Origin: an uncultured Actinomycetes bacterium
GTDB taxonomy: Bacteria > Actinomycetota > Actinomycetes > S36-B12
Assembly: GCA_937875815.1 (NCBI GenBank)
Contig: CALFHU010000097.1
Coordinates: 1,125-65,124, forward strand
Direction of reading: 5' to 3'
DNA: 64,000 nt
The position numbers were made by a program, and so were the translations under genes. The first letter of the stretch is position 1, and every line of letters begins with the position of its first letter. The notes beneath the pieces are model-generated. The model saw only the letters and a list, made by a program, of their open reading frames with translations, searched no databases and was not told where the DNA came from. This document shows positions 36,801-45,449 of the stretch, piece by piece.

Positions 36801-38640
36801 GATTCGATTGGTCGCGGCATTTGATCACAGGAATATTTTTATCGACCCCACTCCGAATGCGGCTAGCAGTTTTGTCGAGCGAGTGAGACTGGCCACCTTG
36901 CCGCGAAGCTCATGGGTGGACTACAACCAAGAGTTGATCTCCGCGGGTGGCGGTGTATTTACCCGGTCGGCAAAGACTGTCGCACTGACCCAAGAGATAA
37001 AGGATTCCCTTGATTTTGATACAGACTCCGATACGTGTACGCCGGATCAATTGATTTATGCGATCTTGAAAGCTCCCGTCCAACTCTTGTGGAATGGGGG
37101 AATTGGAACGTACGTGAAAGCCAGCACCGAAACCAACGTCGATGTGGGAGATAAAGCAAATGATTCGATCCGTATTGATGGTGGAGAGTTGCGCGTGCAG
37201 GTGGTTGGCGAGGGAGGAAACCTCGGCCTGACCCAATTGGGTCGAGTCGAAGCAGCGCGAAGCGGTGTGCGACTAAATACAGATGCAATTGACAACTCGG
37301 CTGGGGTGGACACTTCCGATCACGAAGTAAATTTGAAAGTATTGTTGTCGCCACTGGTGACGAGAGGCGCTCTGACGGTGGAGGCCCGTGACAAGTTACT
37401 GCACAGCATGACCGACTCGGTCTCGGATTTGGTTTTGGCGGACAATATCAATCAGAACGTGGTGCTTTCCAATGCGCGGGCGGGAGCGATCCGGCTCGTG
37501 AGCGTGCATCAAAGAATGATGAGACACCTCGAGCGTAGGGATCTGTTGAACCGAGCTCTCGAATATTTGCCTGATGATCTGGAGATTGATACTCGGCGCG
37601 CGGCAGGTGAAGGACTCACCTCACCTGAGCTCGCCGTGCTTTTGGCATACGCAAAGATTGAAATCACGAAGGATCTCAATGCAGTTGCCTTGGGCAGTGC
37701 AAGCTGGTGTGATCAGATTGTCATGGACTACTTCCCCGTCGAAATCCAAGATAGCTATCGTGAGGAAATTCGTATTCATCCTCTGCGTGCTGAAATTGCC
37801 AACACTGTGATGGCAAATGAATTGATTAATATCGGGGGGATCACCTTCGTATTCCGGGCGGTTGAAGAAACCGGCGCGAACCCTATCGAAGTGGTGAAGG
37901 CAGCTTTTGCCGCGATGGAGGTCTTTGGCATCAGGGGCTTGTGGCATTGGATTAATACGTTGCCCGAAGATGTCCCAGCGCGGGCGCGAACGGCATTGCA
38001 TCTGGAGGTACGTCGCTTACTTGACCGATCAACTCGATGGTTCTTGCAAAACCGCGGCGCGGGAATTGACATTGAAGCTGAAATTAGTGCATTCGCAGCG
38101 AGCGTTGAGCAGTACGCCGGTGGAGTTCCGCAAGCCTTGCAAGGCCAAGACTCGGAAAGATTTGAGCGATTGGCACAGCGCTTCATTGACGCAGGCGCCC
38201 CTAAGGAGTTGGCCGATCGAGCTGCGAGTGGCCTAGACCTTTTCTCCCTGCTCGACATTACCGAATTGGCGCAATCACTTGATGCTGATATGCAGAGTGT
38301 GATCGGCTTGTACTTTGCGCTCTCGGAACGTTTTGATGTGGACCGGCTGCTTGTTCGGATCACGGCCTTGCCGCGAGGGGATCGCTGGACGGCTTTAGCG
38401 CGCCAGGCATTGCGCTCCGATTTGTATTCGGTGATCGCTGAACTCACCGGCCGGGTGTACTTGGCAACGGAGGGGAAAGCTGCGGCGGAGCGCATAACAC
38501 TATGGGAGCAACAGCGCACCGAGGGAGTTGCTCGGACGCGGGCGACCCTCGATGAAATTTTACAAGTTGAGGAGACCGATCTCGCTACCCTGTCAGTCGG
38601 GCTTCGGGTACTTCGAAATCTAGTGGCGCAAGCAACATGA
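33889..38640 (+). CDS. gdh: Large NAD-specific glutamate dehydrogenase (Bac_GDH, ~1600 aa class)
   Basis: 1583 aa. Catalytic core ..[41 protein letters not shown].. and ..[13 protein letters not shown].. are diagnostic. Confidence 0.95.
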   Translation: [1583 protein letters not shown]

Positions 38641-39740
38641 CCGAGCAATTGGACAGGGATTTCTTGCACCGGTATAGCCGACATATCAAAATTGATCAGG
38701 TGGGCGAACCTGGTCAGCGCAAGCTCAGCAGTGCTCGAGTACTCGTCGTGGGGGCGGGGGGCCTAGGGTCTCCGGCTTTGCTCTACCTCGCGGCCGCTGG
38801 CGTGGGAACGATCGGAATTATTGAATTTGACTCAATTGAGTTGAGCAATCTGCAGCGGCAAATTATTCACTCCGAGGGCGGGGTAGGAACATCAAAGGCG
38901 GCGTCGGCTGCGGCGCGGATTGCTGAACTGAACAGCACGACAATAGTGGAAGTTTTTGACCGGCCAATCAGCCGAGAAAATGCACTCGATGTGATGAGCG
39001 GGTTTGACCTCGTTGTGGACGGTTCAGATAACTTCGCCACGCGCTACCTGCTCAATGACGCTTGTGTGCTGGCCGGTAAACCGTATATCTGGGGATCGGT
39101 ATTGCGATTTGATGGACAGGTGAGTGTTTTTGGGTTACCGGGTGGCCCGTGCTACCGCTGCGTCTATCCGAGCCCGCCAGAGCCCGGGAGCGTTCCCAAT
39201 TGTGCTGATGCCGGAGTTTTTGGAGCCATTTGTGGTGTGATCGGATCACTGCAGGTCAGCGAGGCACTCAAATTAATTTTGGGGGTAGGCGAGACACTCA
39301 GCGGACGCATTGCAATTTTTGATGCCCTGAGTGCACGGATCGAGGAAGTATCAATTGCTCGGGACGTTCACTGTCCGATGTGTGGTGATTCTCCGAGTAT
39401 CACCGAATTGCAAGATTACGTTGCTTTTTGTGCGGGCGGTACCACCGACGACACGGTTACTCGTTCCCAACTCATTGGACTGTTGCAGGCCAGAGAACGT
39501 GGCGATGTGGCATTCAACTTTGTCGATATCCGCGAACGGTATGAACTCATTCACGGACAAATTCCAGGTGCTGTGAATATGCCGCTATCGACATTTGACC
39601 CAGAGGCACTCATTGGTGACGTAATTTTGTACTGCCAAGCGGGGGTGCGATCGGAGCACTTGCTGCGTGAACTCAAAGCTCAGGGATTTTCCGGCATCAA
39701 GCACTACGCGGGTGGCTACATCGATTGGGTAAGCCACTAG
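38637..39740 (+). CDS. moeZ: MoeZ/MoeB-type adenylyltransferase-sulfurtransferase (ThiF domain plus rhodanese)
   Basis: ..RYSRHI..VLVVGAGGLGSPALLYLAAAGVG..; Zn motifs CYRC and CPMCG; C-terminal rhodanese with active-site YCQAGVRS. ATGA overlap with gdh. Confidence 0.9.
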   Translation: MTEQLDRDFLHRYSRHIKIDQVGEPGQRKLSSARVLVVGAGGLGSPALLYLAAAGVGTIGIIEFDSIELSNLQRQIIHSEGGVGTSKAASAAARIAELNSTTIVEVFDRPISRENALDVMSGFDLVVDGSDNFATRYLLNDACVLAGKPYIWGSVLRFDGQVSVFGLPGGPCYRCVYPSPPEPGSVPNCADAGVFGAICGVIGSLQVSEALKLILGVGETLSGRIAIFDALSARIEEVSIARDVHCPMCGDSPSITELQDYVAFCAGGTTDDTVTRSQLIGLLQARERGDVAFNFVDIRERYELIHGQIPGAVNMPLSTFDPEALIGDVILYCQAGVRSEHLLRELKAQGFSGIKHYAGGYIDWVSH

Positions 39741-39751
39741 TCGTTGTGGGC

Positions 39752-42211
39752 TTAGAGCAAGTTCTTTTTGGTCAGATGAGTGAAAGCCCAGTAGCCCGGA
39801 ATCGTAGGTAACCAGAAAGTCACCAAGCGATATAGCAGGACTGCTGAAACAGCCACCCCAGCATCGAGCCCAGCAGCGGTGAGCCCCGCAGCAAGTGCGG
39901 CTTCGACGGCACCGAGTCCGCCTGGAGTGGGCGCTGCCTGGCCGATTGTTGCACCCGCAAGATAAACAACGGCAACAACCGCGATATTCAGATTGCCACC
40001 AAATGCTTCGACGCAGGCGAAGAGCACGGCAACATAAGCAAAATTGAGGATAAGAATTCCGCCGATCCCCTCCAACAATTTGATTGGCCGCTGGGCAATG
40101 GTCACGAATCGAGGGATCACTTCCTTAATCAGTGGACCAATTCGTGCACCAATTTCCCGTCGCACCGCGGGCACAGCCAGTAGGGCGAGCAAAATAACGG
40201 CGATGGCTGCGACGCCGACCACCGCCCAAAATGGGGGATCGAATGTGAAGTCGGCCTGGGTTCCGGCAGCGATACCAAACGCAAAAAGCAGGCCAATGTA
40301 GGTAATGAATGCGGCAACCTGAGAAACGCCAACGCTCGCGGCGGCTAAGGCTGGGTGCAGGCCGGATTTTTGTAGGAAGCGAACATTGATCGCAATGGCA
40401 CCGAGTGTGGGTGGGGAGACCAAGGTCGCGAAGTCGCCGGCAACTTGGGCCAGAAGCGTCTTACCAAAAGAAAGTTTCTCAGGAACAAAGCCAGTGAGCG
40501 ACCAGGTGGCACCGACATAGGTGACCAAACTAAAACCAAATGCTGCCAGGACCCACGACCAGTTGGCTGTACTAAATAAGGTCGCTAGGTCAACCGAAGT
40601 GAGCTGGGAGAGCAATACGTAACCGGCGATTGTTCCAGCGACAATCAGGACCAAAGTGCGCGGTTTAATGCGCTGGAATTGGATCTGATCAGTGTCAGCA
40701 TCGGGTCGCAATTCAACAATTGCATCGCGCAAGGCAATGATCATGCCTTTGTGCTTGCGCAACTCTTTGCGGGTTCTCGCGGAAAGGGCGACGGGTTGAA
40801 GCGCTGGGAGAGCGCGCGCAATCGCATCGCTTCCCAGAACTCGCCGGGCAGATGCGACACTTCGGTCAACCGAGGTCAACATGGCCAAGGAGCACAACAA
40901 TTCTGCGAGGTCTAGGCGCATGGCAACATCACTCGCCGCGATTGATCCTTGATCTATACCGAGGAGCCAGGTGGCGCCATCTGAGCCGCGTAATAGGTGG
41001 CGGCCCGAAAGCGCGCGGTGACTCATCTGATGATCGTGCAAGGTGCGGATCGCGCGCCAAGCACCATCTAGTTCAGAGTCAGTAATGTCGTCAAGTTCAT
41101 CAAATGGCTTGCCAGGAATTTGTTGGTGTACCAACGCGCAGGAGTCGGGACCTACTTCGGTGCTCAATACCAGTCGGGCGACGGGCGCTCCGGCCGCCTG
41201 GGCCGCATAAGCGATCAAGGCGGCGTGTTCTACTGATTTGCGCAGGTTAAAGGCACCCTTGCCGGGTTCATCACGCAAGCGCAGGCTGGTCCAAGCCGCA
41301 TTGACTAATCCAGCGCCTTCAAGATCTCGGTCCAAGACAGTGACTCGAAGGGTATCGCCGCTTCGGGTAGTCGCGAGATAGCGACGTCCCTGGCTGGTGA
41401 GGTGTGCAATGCGCAATTGCGTTATGGGATAGCCACCGCGGGCAAGAGCTGCTGCGACCGCGGCGCCACTGGGCCGAGTGGTGGTGGTGCCGAGCACGTA
41501 CCGGGTCAACAGGCCGATTGCCCAGCCCACCGCCAGCGAGAACCCGATTCCGGCCAGTGCAATCCCAGAACTTAAGACCGTAACTGAAATGAGCGACACC
41601 ACAACGACACTGGAGAGCACGTTCCACGGCCTTCGACCCATGAGTCGAGCGACGGTAATGAACGCGAGAATGCCACCGAGGATGGGGGCGGTCGAGCCAT
41701 TTGAGCTGCTGGTTGAGCCTGCCATGGCTATTAAGAGCCGCGTATTGTCAAAGTTACCAATCACGATTGAGGCGATGGACAGCGCGGTAACGGCGAGGAA
41801 CATGGCGACCAGTGCATCAAAAAGTTGGCGAAAGCGCCGGCGCAAAATTAGGTTGATTGAGCCCGCGATGGGAAGGCCGAGGGAGCCGATCCCACCAATT
41901 ACATTGAGGATCAGGACGATAAGTGATGGGAGAAGTGCCACTCCACTTTCGATATCGGTATCTAATCCCGCCGTAGTGCTGGTTGCGAAGTAACCCAGGG
42001 CGATGGTTCCGCTGGCCAGAGCAATCGCCACGACAAAACGGGCCAGGTCAAGTGGGCGCCGAATCCGCCTGCGAATAGCCCCATCGTCAATTAGAGGGTC
42101 TTTATTGATCGGGGTCGTAGGGATTTCCGGTGCGGGATCTGAAGCAATGTAGGGAATCGGACCGGCGATCGTGAACTGCGTTTCAATGCTTGAATCCGGT
42201 TCCGGTGCCAC
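39752..42211 (-). CDS. Polytopic membrane protein: N-terminal TM block, central kinase-like (pseudokinase) domain, and a C-terminal LPG-synthase-TM/UPF0104 (MprF flippase-like) domain
   Basis: 819 aa. The central region ..LHDHQMSHRALSGRHLL..LLGIDQGS.. is kinase-like, but HRD is HRA and the beta3 Lys is absent. The C-terminal ~300 aa are hydrophobic, in TIGR00374 style. Confidence 0.7.
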   Translation of the reverse strand: MAPEPDSSIETQFTIAGPIPYIASDPAPEIPTTPINKDPLIDDGAIRRRIRRPLDLARFVVAIALASGTIALGYFATSTTAGLDTDIESGVALLPSLIVLILNVIGGIGSLGLPIAGSINLILRRRFRQLFDALVAMFLAVTALSIASIVIGNFDNTRLLIAMAGSTSSSNGSTAPILGGILAFITVARLMGRRPWNVLSSVVVVSLISVTVLSSGIALAGIGFSLAVGWAIGLLTRYVLGTTTTRPSGAAVAAALARGGYPITQLRIAHLTSQGRRYLATTRSGDTLRVTVLDRDLEGAGLVNAAWTSLRLRDEPGKGAFNLRKSVEHAALIAYAAQAAGAPVARLVLSTEVGPDSCALVHQQIPGKPFDELDDITDSELDGAWRAIRTLHDHQMSHRALSGRHLLRGSDGATWLLGIDQGSIAASDVAMRLDLAELLCSLAMLTSVDRSVASARRVLGSDAIARALPALQPVALSARTRKELRKHKGMIIALRDAIVELRPDADTDQIQFQRIKPRTLVLIVAGTIAGYVLLSQLTSVDLATLFSTANWSWVLAAFGFSLVTYVGATWSLTGFVPEKLSFGKTLLAQVAGDFATLVSPPTLGAIAINVRFLQKSGLHPALAAASVGVSQVAAFITYIGLLFAFGIAAGTQADFTFDPPFWAVVGVAAIAVILLALLAVPAVRREIGARIGPLIKEVIPRFVTIAQRPIKLLEGIGGILILNFAYVAVLFACVEAFGGNLNIAVVAVVYLAGATIGQAAPTPGGLGAVEAALAAGLTAAGLDAGVAVSAVLLYRLVTFWLPTIPGYWAFTHLTKKNLL

Positions 42212-42266
42212 AGGGTAATGGTGTCACAGTGTGCGCCATGTCGGTGCAGCGTGGTATTCATAGGCC

Positions 42267-45200
42267 ATGCGGTGGGAACTTGATACAACTTTGAGCGTTT
42301 CGGAGCCAATAGGTGCTGACTCTCAGCAGCAGGCCGTGATTGATCTTGTCTCGGGTCGCAACCTGGTAGTGGGTTCAGCCGGGTCAGGAAAAACGACAAC
42401 GTTGATAGCGACCGTAGCTCAGCGGCTGCGTGAGGGAGTCTCACCCAGTGAAGTCCTGGTGTTGACCTACGGGAAATTAGCGGTGCGAGATTTTCGGGAA
42501 GAGCTCGCTGGGCAAGTGCAGAGCACGGTACTCCCTTACATCGGCACATTTCACGCTTTGGCCTACTCCATCGTCATGGGTGCCGGAGCTATTGGGCCCG
42601 AACCCCAAGCCCAGGAGTTACCAAGATTGCTTTCCGGCGCCGAAGAGGATGCGCGGATCCGGGACCTGATTGCGGGGCTACTCTCCGACGCCCAAGGTCC
42701 TGGAGCCTTAATCCAGTGGCCGGAGTGGTTGCGAAGTGCAGCCACCACTCACAGTTTCGCTCGCGAAGTGCGCACCGTAATTGCCCGATTAAAAGAACTT
42801 AATCAAAGTGGAACCGATCTCATTGCACTAGGTCAGGAATCGGAGCGCCCTGAGTGGGTGGTTGCCGGGCATATTGCACACAATGATGCCGAAGTCATGG
42901 CGCTGGAAAATGTCGTCGACTACAACTCACTTTTGCAGGCGGCAATTGCTCTGGCGCCCGAATCGCCGGTAGTTTCCCGGATCTCGCACATCTACATTGA
43001 CGAGTATCAGGAAGTCGGTCCACTGCATCGCCAACTTCTTGGGGCACTGGCACAGCGGGCTGCGGTGCTCGTAGCGGTCGGCAACCCTCATGAAAGTGTT
43101 TTTGGTTTCCGCGGCTCTGAAACCGACATGGCCTCGGGTTTCTATGCGGAATTCCCAAGGGCGGTGTCCCATGAACTTACTAGTGCATGGCGTTTTGGAC
43201 AAGAAATTGCGACCGCGGCTACCGCACCTTTTGATAACGATCGGCAGGCCTTGGTCGGCTTCGGGGACTTTCGCGTGGACGTGGGCGCAGTAAGTATCAA
43301 TAAGTACGCATCGCGTAATTCTCGCGCCGCATTTGTCGCCGAAGGTATCTACACGGCTCATATGGCAGAGGGTGTGCCATGGAAATCAATGGCGGTAATT
43401 GGTCGGGCGCGCTCGGATATTCCTTTGATTACGCGCGCACTGAATCGAGCGGGCGTGCCGGTCGTAGTCGCCACGGATGAAATCGCGTTAAAGGATGAAC
43501 CCGCGGTTCAGGTCCTACTGGGACTCATTTCCCTTGCCGCGCAACCGGAGCAGGCCAGCGCCGCTGTTGTGGCAGATCTTCTGACCGGACCGATTGGCGG
43601 CCTAGACGCAAGTGAAATGCGGCGTTTGGGGCGAGCCCTTCGCGCAGTACAACCAGGGGTGAACTCGTCCCAACTGATGAGGGACCTCATCGTGGGAGAA
43701 AATTCTCGCGATTTATTGGCTCAGATCACCTTGCGGGAGGACCCGAATCTGGGCGAGTTGGGCACTCGGGTGAAAGCAATCGCCGGATTAGTGGCTCACT
43801 TGCGAACCGATATCGCCAATCACGGATCTGTTCCCGATATTTTATGGACGGCGTGGAGTGGTGGGAAGAAACACCCCCATGGGTGGCCCCAACGCTTGCA
43901 GGCTGCCGCCTTGTCACATAGTGGAAGTGCCCATCATGATCTGGATTCGGTCATGGCTCTTTTTGATACCGCGGCTCGATTCTCGGAGCGATCAGGTGCC
44001 GGAATAGAAAACTTTCTCACCCAATTGAAACACCAGAGTGTGCCGGCAGAACCGGTATCGGCTCGCGCACTGCGCGCGGAGGCAGTACAAGTCATGACCG
44101 TGCACCAAAGTAAAGGCCGAGAGTGGGACCGGGTATGGATCGTGGGACTCGAGGAAGGGATTTGGCCTAATCTGGTAGCCCGCGGCAGCCTGCTCAAGGC
44201 TGAAGAAATTGGTGTTGGTGGGGCAACACCGGGTACCAATCCGATCGCACTTTTGCGTGAGGAACGCAACCTGTTCTATGTTGCGGCCACCCGCGCGCGC
44301 GAATTACTCACCTTGACTTGCATCGACCAAGGCAACGAAGGTGGGGATCAACCCAGTCGATTCATCCATGACGTGCAGTCCTACCAGATCACTGCTCGCA
44401 CGGTGACCGGTTACCCCAAGAATCGTTCAAGTTGGGCTGGGCTCGCAGGTGACATGCGAGAGACCCTGGCGGATCCGCAGGCAAGTGCGGAACTGAAATC
44501 ACGAGCCGGAGAGTTGCTCTTTCGAATGGGCCCCGGTGTTGGCCCCGAAAGCTGGTGGGGTTTGGCAGAGCTCACCCAGTCGCAGCGGCCGGTCCGTGCG
44601 GCACACCAGCCACTGCACATGTCAGGGAGCTCCTTGGACTCACTGCTGGAATGCCCATTGAAGTGGTTCTTGGACCGTGAAGTCAAAGCACAAGTTTCGC
44701 GCGGCTCTGCAACAGCTTTTGGCAGCATCGTTCATGCAATCGCTGAGTATGTAGCCAAAGGCGAGTTGGATCAAAATCCTGAGCAAATTCAGAAGCTGAT
44801 CAGCGGATCCTGGCAAGCGCTAGCTTATGAAGCCAACTGGCAGTCAGACTCTGAGCTCGCGCAGGCCTATAAAGCAGTGGAGTTGTTCCTTGACTACCAC
44901 AAACTGACACCACGAGTTTTCATAGCAGCCGAGGGCAGGTATCAGACGTCACTCACGGTCACTACGCCGAGCGGAACGCGCGAGCAAATCGATCTCAGTG
45001 GGATCCTGGACCGAGTTGAAATCGAAGAATCGGGTCGTCTAGTCGCAATAGATTTTAAAAATGTCAAGTCTGCGCCCGCAAAAGCAGCGCTAGCCCAGAA
45101 CGGTCAATTGGGGATTTATCAATTGCTACTGCGAGATCACCAAGTTGTCGAATTAGACGCCGAAGGCGAGGCCCCACTTTTCGGTGCCGCCCTTGTGCAA

Positions 45201-45449
45201 TTACGAGTCGACGCATCAAAGCCAAAAGTGCAAATCCAGGAGGCGATTAATTTTGATGATTCACCCACGTGGATTGAAGTAAAACTCGGTGAAGCAGCGG
45301 AAATCATCCGCTCCGAAGCCTTTGTTCCGCAGGTGAACCCCTCGTGTCGGTACTGCGCCTACACCCGTGTGTGTCCGACCCAATCATCCGATATTTTCAG
45401 TAGAGAACTGATTGACGAGAGTGAGAGCAATGACGACGCAATCGCATAA
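42267..45449 (+). CDS. adnA: Helicase-nuclease subunit AdnA (UvrD-like motor plus RecB-type nuclease)
   Basis: Walker A GSAGSGKTT. C-terminal nuclease ..LVAIDFKN.. and a Cys cluster (..LECPLKW..CRYCAYTRVC). Gene order matches Rv3202c/Rv3201c. Confidence 0.85.
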   Translation: MRWELDTTLSVSEPIGADSQQQAVIDLVSGRNLVVGSAGSGKTTTLIATVAQRLREGVSPSEVLVLTYGKLAVRDFREELAGQVQSTVLPYIGTFHALAYSIVMGAGAIGPEPQAQELPRLLSGAEEDARIRDLIAGLLSDAQGPGALIQWPEWLRSAATTHSFAREVRTVIARLKELNQSGTDLIALGQESERPEWVVAGHIAHNDAEVMALENVVDYNSLLQAAIALAPESPVVSRISHIYIDEYQEVGPLHRQLLGALAQRAAVLVAVGNPHESVFGFRGSETDMASGFYAEFPRAVSHELTSAWRFGQEIATAATAPFDNDRQALVGFGDFRVDVGAVSINKYASRNSRAAFVAEGIYTAHMAEGVPWKSMAVIGRARSDIPLITRALNRAGVPVVVATDEIALKDEPAVQVLLGLISLAAQPEQASAAVVADLLTGPIGGLDASEMRRLGRALRAVQPGVNSSQLMRDLIVGENSRDLLAQITLREDPNLGELGTRVKAIAGLVAHLRTDIANHGSVPDILWTAWSGGKKHPHGWPQRLQAAALSHSGSAHHDLDSVMALFDTAARFSERSGAGIENFLTQLKHQSVPAEPVSARALRAEAVQVMTVHQSKGREWDRVWIVGLEEGIWPNLVARGSLLKAEEIGVGGATPGTNPIALLREERNLFYVAATRARELLTLTCIDQGNEGGDQPSRFIHDVQSYQITARTVTGYPKNRSSWAGLAGDMRETLADPQASAELKSRAGELLFRMGPGVGPESWWGLAELTQSQRPVRAAHQPLHMSGSSLDSLLECPLKWFLDREVKAQVSRGSATAFGSIVHAIAEYVAKGELDQNPEQIQKLISGSWQALAYEANWQSDSELAQAYKAVELFLDYHKLTPRVFIAAEGRYQTSLTVTTPSGTREQIDLSGILDRVEIEESGRLVAIDFKNVKSAPAKAALAQNGQLGIYQLLLRDHQVVELDAEGEAPLFGAALVQLRVDASKPKVQIQEAINFDDSPTWIEVKLGEAAEIIRSEAFVPQVNPSCRYCAYTRVCPTQSSDIFSRELIDESESNDDAIA

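Noticed and set aside
37776-38684. 302-aa ORF antisense to the 3' end of the large gdh gene
   Set aside because: This is a shadow ORF with the same Arg/Ser/Ala-rich composition and no recognisable motifs. The gdh reading frame is continuous and conserved across it.
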